Below, one piece after another: positions 26,439-38,944 of a DNA stretch of 64,000 nucleotides. Both the position numbers and the translations under genes were made by a program. The notes beneath the pieces are model-generated. The model made no database searches and had not been told where the DNA came from. It saw only the letters and a list, made by a program, of their open reading frames with translations. Source of the stretch: Paragordius varius (Eukaryota; Animalia; Nematomorpha); assembly GCA_964247055.1 (NCBI GenBank), contig OZ176054.1, positions 3,844,001 through 3,908,000 on the forward strand, written 5' to 3'. Every line of letters starts with the position of its first letter. The stretch's first letter is position 1.

Positions 26439-26974
26439 TTCATTTCAAAAAATATCTCTAAAATATAACTGAAACTACATTAAAAGAGCAAAAATATTTT
26501 AAAAAAATTCTAATTTTTAGCTGTGGCCGAAAGCCCGAAATTTTCGCTCTTCTAAAATGAGCGAGTCCCCTTAAAATAAACGCAAAAATGCCGGTATTGG
26601 TCGATTCGAATTTTAATTTATGATAAATTTTTTATCCATAAAAATATTTTTAACATATGCTTACTTTTTTCAAAAATTAAATTTTTATTAAAATTTTTGT
26701 ACCTAATACTTGTTTGAGGCATTTATAGAAACCGGCATTTTTGCGTTTATTTTAAGGGGACTCGCTCATTTTAGAAGAGCGAAAATTTCGGGCTTTCGGC
26801 CACAGCTAAAAATTAGAATTTTTTTAAAATATTTTTGCTCTTTATATGTAGTTTCAGTTATATTTTAGAGATATTTTTTGAAATGAAGTTTCTATTTGCC
26901 AAAAAAATTATTTAAAATTTTTTTGACATCAAACACTTAGCACATAAGTGTAAATAACCTTCTTAAATCATTAG

Positions 26975-28396
26975 ATGGTATTAAACGCTTTATATAATAA
27001 CCTTTTCTATATAATACGATGATGCTGAACATTTCTATCACTCCAGATATTTAATTCGAAGTTTTGGTGAATTTTCTAAACCACAATAGTAATTTAACAT
27101 AAATTTTAGGACGACCAATATTTTAATCTAAATTCTGATATCACAGAAATGCTCAGATCTATCAAAGTGTTTTTATATTATCTAAAAGCGTTTTTATACC
27201 GTTTCCATAATGCTTCAAACAATGAAGTAGCATAAACAAAATTTTTCTAAAAGTTTAATTTTATTAAAAAAATATGCATTTTTAAAATATTTTTTCTTAC
27301 TATCAAATTTAGCGTATAATTAAAATTTTAATCGAGCAATACCGGCGTTGTGTTTTTATTTTAACACTTGGATACAACACACTCATTTCAGTCATTCGAT
27401 TCAAATTGGGATAGTTGGATACCCCAAGCCTGTTTAAAATTAAATAGTTTAAAAATTATGGAAGGAATTGAAACCATGGCAAAATTTTGCACTTATATAA
27501 CATTAATAAACCAAAATATATAAAAAATTTTATTCAAAAATACCTGATATCATTTAGTTTAGGCTAAAACTGAAAGGTAAAAATTTCGTCAACGTGACAT
27601 GTTTGAAATGATAAATTTAAAAAATAATACAAAAAAACGCTTTTTCAATTTCTATCAATGTTAGATGTAATTTAAATAAAATTTAGGCTTTAATTTTACC
27701 CTTTTAATTAACAGATACACATTCATTTTAGTCCTTCGATTCCAATTGGGGTAGTTAAATACCCCAGGCCTGTTTAAAATTAAATTTTTTAAAAAATATG
27801 GAAGGAATCGAAACCATGGCAAAACTTTGCACTTACACAACATTAATAAACCAAAATAATTTTATCCAAAAATACTTTATTTATTTTGAGCTAAAACCGA
27901 AAGGTAAAAATTTAGTCTATGTGACATGTGTGAAATAGTAAAATTGAAAAATAATGCAAAATAAACCGCCTCTTCTATTTATAACAATAGATGTAATTAA
28001 AAAAAAATTAGCTTTAATTTTACCCTTAAAATTAAATGAAGACGATATTTTGCAAAAATTTTATAAAATAAAAATGGCGTCAAGGTAGTTTGACATGGAA
28101 CTTTTTTTTCAAAACTAAATTTTAGTTAGATATTTTGGCACATTTATATAATTTTTATTAGGATAGAAGCATAAATTAAAATTGCCGTTTCCTTCAGTAG
28201 TTTTTTAAAAATCTTAACTCAAAAATAGTCTGGGTATTTAGATACCCCAATTTGAATCGAAGTGTTAAGAGAATTAGCATTTTAGAAGAGCAAACATTTG
28301 GATTTCGGAGCCGAAATCTAAATTAATTTTTTTGATAATATTGTTTTGTTTTATATGCAGTTTATAATGTATTTTGGCGATATTTTTGAAATGAAG
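26975..28396. repeat. Second, degenerate copy of the foldback family, split by MITE copies
   Basis: 27341-27364 plus 28265-28396 rejoin to match the arm at 26731-26888. 26977-27300 resembles 45980-46300. Confidence 0.65.
27365..28264 (+). mobile_element. piggyBac-like MITE tandem/chimeric copies E1 (27365-~27706, 3'-truncated) and E2 (~27712-28264)
   Basis: TTAA at 27361-27364 and 28265-28268. A second left end (cattttagtccttcgatt) restarts near 27720. Confidence 0.8.
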
Positions 28397-28599
28397 CCTT
28401 TAGCTTTCACCAAAAATTTTTTAAAAAAATATGATAAAATTTTGCCACTCTCTGACATGGAGCACCTACCTCTTTCAAAGTTTTTTTATATTGAAATTTT
28501 TTATACGATTTATTAGATTTAATGCATTCTACAATCGTGTGCACTACATTTAAAATTTCAGTAATCTTATTTAGTTAAATATATTTTTTGATCAAATTA

Positions 28600-29406
28600 T
28601 TTATAATAGGACAATGGCATCCATGCCATATTATATTAAGATGTTCTTTATTAATCAAATTTCCAGCAGCCTTCATGTTCGCTGCATTATCGGTCACAAT
28701 GGCATTAATTTTTAAATTAATATCTTTAATTGGCATAATGTTATAATATTCGGCAGTGTATCAATAGACTGTATAAAAAATGATTTTTGGGATCCTTGGC
28801 CAATAATATTAATTATTTGATCCTTACAAATATTGGTAAAGGAATCGACAATTAAGGAAATATTATTTTCACATATTCCATCAACTTCTATTTTTATATC
28901 TTCATAACATTAATCTGGTAATTCATTGGCAATGTTTTCTATTTGGAATAGCATAATTCGGTTTTAAACTATGAATGAAACTCCATTTTCCACTATGTTA
29001 GGAGTTGAGGATGCAAAAAAAATTTTGCTAAATGTTTCTGGCTAATTTCTTCTTGAAAACAGAATTTTTTAAGACTAAACTTAAGAAATTTAATACTTAG
29101 CTTGCTTTAGACCATCACCTTCTGTCATATAAATTATTTTATGAACTTCTTTTAGGGTTTCTTCATTCGGTTTTTATTTAAATATATAGTGTAATTGCAT
29201 TTCTTGCATGTACCTTGATTTTTTTAATCGAAAAATTTCCAAAAGGCTGATTTCATTATGATTTAGGAAGTAAAGAAAACAATGTTTATCATATGATATT
29301 TAAAACAAAATTATACATAAAATAAAAAAAATTGACCTAGGTCATTTTTTTCGTGGTCATGACCCAGGTCATGACTCTAGGTCATTGACTAATGGGCACA
29401 ACCCTA
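28600..29406 (-). pseudogene. hAT-superfamily (DUF659-type) transposase remnant with one terminal inverted repeat
   Basis: Minus-strand fragments LKPNYAIPNRK, SLIVDSFTNICKDQIINII and NAIVTDNAANMKAAGNLI...WHGCH, with stops and frameshifts. TIR GCACAACCCTA ends at 29406, with CATGACC subterminal repeats at 29330-29390. Confidence 0.8.
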
Positions 29407-29511
29407 GGTATATCCATTAAACTCCATGTAAATTTCGACTATTTCTGGAATCACCTTGCCATAGCCGCTTCTGTTATATATCTACAACATCTTTTCGATC
29501 TCTTAGCTTAA

Positions 29512-29585
29512 CACTTGGATACAATACATTCTTTTCAGTCCTTCGATTCAAATTGGTGTAGTTGGATACCCCAGGCCTGTTTAAA
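29512..29585 (+). mobile_element. piggyBac-like MITE left-end fragment F
   Basis: TTAA-CACTTGGATACA...CTTCGATTCAAATTGG...TACCCCAGGCCTG, after which similarity stops. Confidence 0.8.
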
Positions 29586-29779
29586 AACATATCGTTGAGC
29601 GGGTTTAAGGGTATAAAGGCCCCAAGCACACCAAATTTAAACAATGATAACAAAAAATATTTATTCAGCAATGATCTTATGAAAAACATAAGCAATTACT
29701 GGGTGAAACGTGCATAAAAAGCTTTATTTTCGACATCGGGTATATAAATCATAAAAATGACATATATTTTGTCCTTATA

Positions 29780-30350
29780 GAGTAGGACCTTAATTTTTAC
29801 CTTCTTACGGGTAATATTTCAGGCTTTTAATGAGCTCATATGGCTTCATAAATTTTCTGTATATTAGCTCCAAAACAACGCAATTTCTATCTAGTGGCGC
29901 AGTATTTGGCGGGTAACTCCTTACCCAGGGACAGGTATAAAAAAGGCGCTGGGCAAAATTTTGTATTTAAAAGGGGAATATCCGAAGTTATGATGATTCC
30001 ATATGTTCCCATAAATTCTTGGAAATATTGCTTCAAAACTAAAGAATTGTTCTATGTCGACTCATTTTTCAGGGCGTAAAACTTTACTCAGCGACTCATG
30101 AAAATAACGCCTATTCTTAAATAATTGCTTTTTAAGGGGTAATAAATATTTTAGGACCTTATTAAACTCACATAGTCTCATAGGTTTCTGAAATTTTCCC
30201 CCAAAGGCACGCTATTTCGATATGATGGGGCAGTTTTAACGGGTATCTCTTTATCCAGCAGCCAATATAAAAAATGAACGACTAAATTTGCCTTTTAACA
30301 GGGAATATCTGGAATCCTCATTTAATTTTTACAGTCTCATACCCTGGGCA
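29780..30350. repeat. Degenerate tandem repeat, unit about 164 bp, about 4 copies
   Basis: A GGG(T/G)AATA...CTCATA-type motif recurs at ~29809, 29973, 30136 and 30301. Confidence 0.55.
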
Positions 30351-32678
30351 AAAAATAGATTCAAAAAGTTATTTGTGGACTTGATATTTTTGATAAAAAT
30401 GGCATTTTACGGGGGGAGTAAGGGAATTAAAAAAGCGAGCCGACTATGTTAGACGCAATCGAAAAAAAGTAATAAAAATCATATTTGAAATCGAATGGTC
30501 CAACACGTTTTCTGCTGTCTCAAAGACACGATTTTTGTGGACTCGTGTTTTCAAAAAAACCCGTTTTTTACACGGGGTGGGCCCTAACTGGGGGCCTAAT
30601 TCAAAAAAGGGTGAAGCTATTGTCGGGGCATTGATTAATGATTATATTGAATGGGTCTACCGGTTTCCCGGAAACAGATCAAAAAGCCAGCTTTTTTTAT
30701 TTTTAAAAATATTTCCTTCCAGGTTATCGTTAGCTTAATCTCCTAAAACCTATATTAAAACGCGTATTTGTATTGATCTAAATCTGAGGGACCAATTATT
30801 TTAGTCAGGATATGTTTAATAATGTTTCAATAAAATCTAATTATGGGTTTATTAATCTAATTTATAAAAAACTAACACAAACTTGATTGTATAAACTCGG
30901 CTGAAGTAAACCACGTGGTAGCCTGAAATAGTTACTTTTATAGAAAAATAAAATTTATTTTTGATTATATTTTTACCGGCTCTAAAAAACTTTTCTTTTT
31001 TATAAACATCATATCTTAAATTTTCCTTCCATGCAGTTTATCATAAACTTTTGTGACTTTGTCATTGGCATCACTAAGCAAATTTATATGAAATATTTGT
31101 GATTATGCATAAAAAAATTTGGTTATTGGTGTTGTGGCTTTGCCTAAAAGAATTTCCTAATTTATAATCATACACATAGGGTTGGTTTGACCGGGTAAAA
31201 AATTATATCTGGCTTGATTGTTTAGGAATGCAGTTATTGATGATCACTAACAAAGTGTTCATATCACTTGAAACGAAATAACCAATTAAACTGCTTTAAA
31301 TAGTGTTACTTACATTATTAAATAAACACCAACTAAAAATTTTTGCTCTATATTATTATTACTAATATTTACGAAGGTTAAACTCGATATTATTTTTATA
31401 ATTATTTAATACCAACTGATAATATAATAGATATTTTTAGTTATTTTTAAAGTGTTAATAGCCACTGTCAGTATATTCATCTATATATCCGAACGGTCAG
31501 GCTTAACCTTAGTTTTACATTTATGTAAATAACAAAGAATCACCAGAAAGGATATAAATTTAATAAATGTTCAATCCAACCATCCTGATAATATTAAGTT
31601 TTTTTACAAAAACATACAACACACACCTAATCAATTAGGGGTTAAGGCTTATTAGATTAGCGTGTGTCTTCTTAAGCATTGTTCGAATAACGCATCATCG
31701 TAAAATTATAGATAGATAAATCCTTGAACAGATTTGAGGCAAAATGTTACATATGAATAAAATATTAATGCAACAGAATTAATTAACTAATTAAGCAAAA
31801 TTCCTTATATTAAATTCCTAATTCAAAATCACATTAAAAGGATAATAATGTAGGCTTATGGATTAATTAATAATATAAACACTCCTTTTAATTCAGTTAA
31901 CAAAAAAACCGCTCGTTGTGTTAATTAATGTAATGTATAAATTAACACGATATAACATCAAAACGTGTGTGGGTGGGGTGTATTTATAAAAATATGCAAG
32001 ATGCACATTTCAAATGTTGGAGGATTAATATGCTAAGTTTCAAGATTATTAGTCATACGCAATACATGTAAAAAATAAATACAGTCTCTTTAAATGATCG
32101 CTGGTTTAGCTTTAAAAATTTATATCTATACTACTCTATTCCTTATTACAAAATAATATTGATTTTATGATTGCAATTTATTAATATTTATATATGTATA
32201 GGTAAAGTTATAATATATATATTTAGAAACTTTGCTTTGTTAAAATTAATAAACATTATGTATTTTTTACATACGTAAGGAATGGTTTCGATGTCCCTTG
32301 TACATGTTAGGTGTATTAATTTTTCCGTTTAATGGTATAACGTTTCAATTTCTTACTATTCTCAAAAATCTATATTCTCTAACTAAAAAGAGGTAAGTAA
32401 TATTTGTGTTATCATAACAGGTAAAAATTAAATTACTTTTAAAATTAAAATTTTATTTGACCAACAAGAGAGAAAAGTGTGTGACATACTGAACACACTA
32501 AATTTTTACTATTTTTATTTAATCATTTATTTTCGTCGTTAAGCGGTAAAAGCTTAAGGCGTTAATAAATTTTAAGCAACATTGTAATGATTTTTGAAGA
32601 ATTAAATATGTTTCTGTGTGTTTTACTCTTTAAAATAGATAAAAGTTTTAAAAGCCAAGCAAAGCTCTGAACCCGATT

Positions 32679-35600
32679 ATGAATAACCATTCCGTCGTTA
32701 AAATCAATCTATCGAACTTTAGTGTTTCTCGACTTCACACCAATAGTAAATATCAAATGAATTCTTCGCCATCCGTAAAATATTCCAATGCGACTGTAAA
32801 TGTTAATAAAAATTTATCAAAAGTTATGACACTGAGTTGTAAAACTAGACAAACGCTGATAAAACCATCAAATACTATAAATATGTCAAAAGTCCAAAAT
32901 TATTCCCAAAACGGCAATACATTGGCTAAGCATAAATTATCATTGATTCCATTCATATATGATTGGACTAAACCGCTTTTTTCACGGACAATGTGTAGGA
33001 AAAAGATTGCACATAATCCCAACTATAAAAATACTGAGTCATGTAATAATAAACGAGGTTGGAAGATGAATAAAACCTTTAATTTTAACAATAATTACAA
33101 CTGTAAATCTGCCATACTTGAGGACTCTGAAGATGCTAAATTTGTCAAAAAATCTTTGAATCCAAAAACATCCTTGAAATATGATTGCAAACGCCCCTCA
33201 CTTCAAACAATACTTTTTCATGAATCGCAAAGTGAACCAAAAAGTCAAAACGATGCTATCTCTACACCAAGTAATAAAATTTTTGTAAAAGAGCAAAATA
33301 ATAAAAACTCAAACAAAACGGATAAACTTTCTTTGTTCTCGCTACCTAAAACAAAATCACTTTGGTCACTTAATCTAAAAAAGTCCTATTGTACGTCCAC
33401 ATTAAATTTATCAAGTTTGAAAAAATATTCTGTTTGGGATACTTACAATTATTACAATAATTTATCAATGGCTGATACATATATTACGAATTCTTCCCGT
33501 TGTAATTCACCCAATAAAAAATATTATACCTTTTCCAAAAATTACAAGAATGATAACAATACGATTGGTATATATATTTTTATTCTTGAAGTAGATTCAT
33601 TTAGATTAAAAAATTATAGTATTTTATTATCTACCCGATGATATCGATAATTAATTTAGAAACCGAATTTTATTTCCTATTTGGTCCTTTCAAAAAAAAT
33701 TTACTGAATAGTGGCCAATTATATTTGAACTAATTTTTATTAAGGACACATATAAAAATTCGTCGGGTTCACCCTCTGTTTCGTATTATTCTTTAAGAGC
33801 AGTTAATTTACTAGGTCGACTAATAATCCATTTTTAATTTTATTTTTCTATTTTTAGTTTTTATCCCAAATTAGGCGAAAATAAGTCACATTGTTTCTAT
33901 TGGTTAAATAAAGGATGACAGTTCCATTTAAGCATATTTAAATGGTAGAATATATTATAAGGTTTATTAGTTCAGCTTAATTTTTCTAATAAATTTCATA
34001 AATACAATGCGTAATTCTCTCAATTTTAATATTATAAGGTTGTTTTAATTTTCTCATTATATTTTTCTATAATTTGTTAAGGCGCAAATAAATTCGGGGT
34101 TGGTGCAACTATAATATTGAAAGGAATTTCGTTTCAGTCAAATCTATCCAGTGACATTTTAAGTTATTAATTAGTTTCGGTTCTATGATTTATAATTTTT
34201 TTAATAGAATTCCCATTATACCATGATCGGAAAAACATCTTTATTTTCGTTTAACATTTTACGCTTTTGGCTCATATGCAAAACTAATAAAATTATTTAA
34301 TATTTTAGCATAATTATAAATTTATTTGTGGATCATACACGGATGCGTATAGACATAAGATTAAATTACAAAATATAATAAATCAGGGCTTTGAAACAGG
34401 CTGCCGAAAAATGTGTCAAATCAGACTAGTTTTTAAAATTTTGGAACCTGAACTAGGGTGGATTTTAACCAAGTAGAAATAGTCTTAGTTCCTCAAATTT
34501 CAAGAAGTTCCATTTTAAGGGGTTTGAGGCCTGTTAATTTCACTTTTATATTTTACACGTTCATTAATTATATATTGATATTAATATAAAACATAGATAT
34601 TTCTCGCATTTTTGATAGTCAAAATTCTTTGGTCAGTTTTTTTACCGACATCCCTAACATTCCTAACCAACAAAATCAAGAAGAAACGGAACAGATAACA
34701 AATAATTTGGTATGATTTTAATTTAGACTTATAAATAAGAGTATTTACTTAAAAATTAGTTCTAAACAAGATGGTAGTTTTTGTAAAACAATGTTACTTT
34801 TTTCAATAAATTGGTAAAATGGCATTTATTTTATAAGATTATTAGCGTTAAAAAAATTATTTGGATATTTTGGACCTATAAGTTTTCGCTAAAGCAGGGG
34901 CGTACCGGGGGGGGGGGGGGGCAAGGGGGTGCATCATGCCCCGGGCGCCGCTATTTAGGGGCGCCTAAATGATTTTTTAAAATTAAATTTTAATTATGCA
35001 AAAATAATAACAACTTTCAAGTAAAATTTTTCAGCAATTTATGTAATAATCCTTAATATAATAAAATTATATAAATGAGATCAAGAGCAAACATTATACA
35101 AAAACCAACTTCCGTGTAGGTAGTCCCTTCAACATATGCAAACTTTTTTTTCGCTTAAAAAACGTTTCTTTATCAGACACATATTGTTAATTCTTTTATT
35201 GCGTGTCATTAAATTGGAAAAAGTGTATGCGACACAAACATAATGGTACCCCTTAATAATAATAACTTAAATACACCTGAAACCCTATTGATCCAATAAA
35301 TAGAGATGAGAAAACCACAAATATGCCATTAGTAATGCCAAGCGCTATACATATAGGTTTTAATGATGTCGTATTTTTAAAATTTAATAATAATAATAAT
35401 AATGTTTCGGTATTATCCAATCAACTTCACACAGAAATGATTATTCGTGGATCTCAAGAATATCAAATCAAATGCAATCTCTTTAAAAAAACCCGTTCAA
35501 TGCCCCAATCTGGGTTTTTTCGACGTGGTAAAAAAAGATAGATTTGAAGTTGAGTGGTCTTAGTTTTTATATTCACCAAAGAACAGATCTGCGTATTGTT

Positions 35601-36076
35601 TTTGTTGCCTACTTTGTAATCGATCTAATTCTTTACCATTTATAACTAAGCATGGTTTTAATTAATGGCGGAAAAAAGATAAATTAATCCATCATGAAAA
35701 TAGCCTCAATCATCGGAAAGCATTTACTACTTGGAAAGAGGCAGAAAGAAGATTGATAAAATTGGCTTTCAAAAAAAGGGGGGGGGGGCGCCATAAGAGT
35801 TTTATGCCCCGGGCGCCACAAATGCTCGGTACGCCACTGCGCTAAAGTGGTCGTTTTCAAATTTTCTTTCAAATTTTATAATTTATAAACGGTGTTCTAT
35901 ATACCATTATTCTAAAAAAATAATTATCCGGATTGTGTTATGTGTTAGTGTTGTTAAAATCCAAAAATTTTTAAATTTCTAAAACTTGTAATACTTAATT
36001 ATATTTTTTTTAATAATTTTAGAATGATACCAATCCTCAAAAACCAACAAGCTTACCATGGAGCGAAATCAAGTAA
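32679..36076 (+). CDS. Orphan Ser/Asn/Lys-rich protein (about 350 aa), putatively 3 exons
   Basis: A 320-codon ORF with donor at 33568, a phase-compatible exon at 34597-34709 and a terminal exon at 36023-36076 (...PTSLPWSEIK*). No recognisable domain. Confidence 0.5.
34895..35839 (+). mobile_element. hAT (Tip100-like) internally deleted element with TTF zinc-finger transposase remnant
   Basis: TIRs CAGGGGCGTACCG and CGGTACGCCACTG; perfect 8-bp TSD CGCTAAAG (34887-34894 and 35840-35847). Internal LYSPKNRSAYCFCC...GFN*WRKK...HENSLNHRKAFTTW at ~35565-35740. Confidence 0.9.
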
Positions 36077-38944
36077 CACATGTCATTTTTTTCTAAAAAT
36101 TCTAAAAATTGGTTATAGTCACGTTAAATGGCTATAAAATTGAAAAAATGTATATAAGTCAAACACTTATTGGTTAACAATAGTATAAAACAATAAGGTG
36201 ATTTTTGTCGAAATATTTTTGTACAAGGATATTTACAATATGTTTTGTATTCCCTCATTTAAATTAGTATTGATTTAATAAGATGTGCTATATTTTATAG
36301 TTGTGTATTTAATCAGGCAGAGAATGGGTTTCATAGCGGCTATTTTTTGATTCTGGTTTTAATATTTCAAACATTGGTACTCTGAAAAATCGGGTCGGAA
36401 AGTTAAAGCAAGGTTCTGCTTTCTAATATTCAAAACCCTTTACCGATACTCGAAACCGGTTATTCAACACAAAATATTTATAATTATCTAGGGAAAAAAT
36501 TTTTTCATTGTGAACAATTAGGAAAATTATAGTTTTTGTTGACTTAATATAGAGTATGGCCTTGTTTCCCTTAAAGAGTAAAGACTTGAATCTATCTTTA
36601 AGTACGAAAGCTGTACCATTTGCCTGTCCGGGGCTGACAATGATTAGGCAAAATCAATTTCGGTTTTTGGTGACTATACATATTAATTTACAATTCCGTC
36701 GCCTTATAATTTTATTATTAGTATCCTTTATTATTTGCGAAAGAGTTTCGCATAACCAAATTTCTTATTAATTAAAAAGTTAGCTCTAGTATGAAATATT
36801 AAACAACAGTTGCTTAATAATAATCTGAAACACCCCAAGAAAACCTTGATGACAAAAATTCCCACAATACTATAATTTCTAGGGTATTTTGATGAAGCTC
36901 CTAATTAAACAGCTGAAACATCTCAAATTTGCAATTTCTATTTAATCAAGGCATGGACCTCAAGTATTATTTCACCTAAAAAAATCGGTTCAATCGTTTG
37001 CCGTTTCCGATTTGGTTTACAATTCTCTTAAACATATATTAATGCTAATAATTTATTTAAAAGACTTGCTTTATTAATCACAAAAAAGTACGTATACTAA
37101 AATGTATAGTATTCCCAGTCACAACTTACGGTTTTCAGAGTTGGAACATTACTAAAATTATATAAACTATATTGAAACGTTCGGAAGTTGGTATTATCGC
37201 AAAATTTTACTTATAAATGTACTACTGGAAGTCTCAAATAACGACCTTACTGAAAATAGATTGAAGCAAACATATGCCAAGCTCATCTTAGGAAACATTT
37301 TAAGAAATAAGCCCCATTCCTACTTTTGGGAATAGTTGATTGGAAAAGTTCACATAGCAGACCACTTACGAGATACCTTGATCCGCAATAATCGAATAAA
37401 ATCAGGTCTATTGAAATAGAATCCATAGAATGTTCTCTCAAAAGTTCCGATCGAAAACGACTATGGATAGGTCTATCAAACAGTAGTAACCCCTACGTTT
37501 TCGCTAATCAACTTTTCCTTATAATTTTATTTTATTCTCAATGCTAAATAATTATATTATTTATACATTCAAACAATCGGTAAATATTCTATCGCATTTA
37601 CCCGTTAATATTTATATGTGGAGATTAATTAGTGCCAATAAGTCAAAAATTTAAATTGTAAAGAAATTTTGTAGATAATAAATCATTGTTGGAAAAATAT
37701 TCGGTAACATAGATCATTAAATATAAATTATACTAAAATAACTTTGAAATATTGAATTCATATCTGCCAATATCCGATTTCATAATTTAGATTTTGCAAA
37801 GCGACCAGTTTTTAGTTACTGTATTGTTTTTGTACATTTATAGATACTCTTCACTAAGGGTTCGGTGTTTTACGCCCTCAAAAATATGTAAGTTAATTGT
37901 TTAAGAATGTGCAGTCTTGCTTCGTGTGTTCTTAATCAGTAATTTTTCGAACGCTAATATATGTTACAAATATTGAAACTGACAATTTTTAACTATAAAT
38001 CTAAGTTTTTTACCATTTTATAAATATATATTAAAATTACTTAATAAACTATTAAATTTTTAAACTGATTTAAACCGTTCTCGTGGTCAGAATGCACATC
38101 AATGCACTCATAACGGGTCCTAACTTGCCCTATTAAATTACTCGAAAAAATATAGAGAATGTTTGAAAAAATTAACTATTTCCCATTTGAAATAAGGGTA
38201 TTAATTTTATTTCAATAGTGGTCTGATATACCTTCTTATAATTTTTCCATATTTTTAGGTTATGTCATTTTTATCTATTTTTGAAGTCCATAATTTACAT
38301 TGAAAGGATGAAATCATTATTAATTAGCAATAAAACTAAATTAAATATTTCCAATAACTATTGAAATTGGTCATTCACCATTTAATATCGCCAAGATATT
38401 CCATAACAATACTCACCTATGATCATATGCGAAAAGAATTTTTCATATCATCGCTTATCGCTAATGCAATAAAACAAATCCATAAATCATATAATATGGT
38501 ATTGATACTTAAGTTGTCAAAGTGTGTTCGTTCGTTCGTTCGTTTCCCTTCCTTATCATATCATATCACATTGAACTTTAAGAAAATAGGCATTTTTAAA
38601 CTATAATATTCACTTTTGTGTTTTCTCTAATCTAATTATCTATATTCGCAATTTATCATACCATAAAAATTTTATTGTGAAAGCTTTCTACTACTCCTAC
38701 TACCTTACTTAATTTATAATATACATAAATAAGTGAGTATTCACAAAAAATTTCTTTTATCATTTCTTATAAATAAAATTATTTCAATGCAATAATGCAA
38801 TTTTTATAGATTTTTTACAAAATTTTAATTTCTGTGTTTTGTTGACCGAACATTTCATTTTTAAACTTTGTATCTTCTACTTTTTTTTCAATTATAAACG
38901 GCGAAAATTATTTAACAAAACCGATTTCCTTCAAAAAAACTTGT

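Larger units (their letters stand above)
24904..26974. mobile_element. Foldback-type element with long inverted arms; left arm interrupted by a nested insertion
   Basis: 26438-26595 is a near-perfect reverse complement of 26731-26888 (158 bp, about 2 differences, 135-bp spacer). 24904-24993 is the reverse complement of ~26886-26974. Confidence 0.85.
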
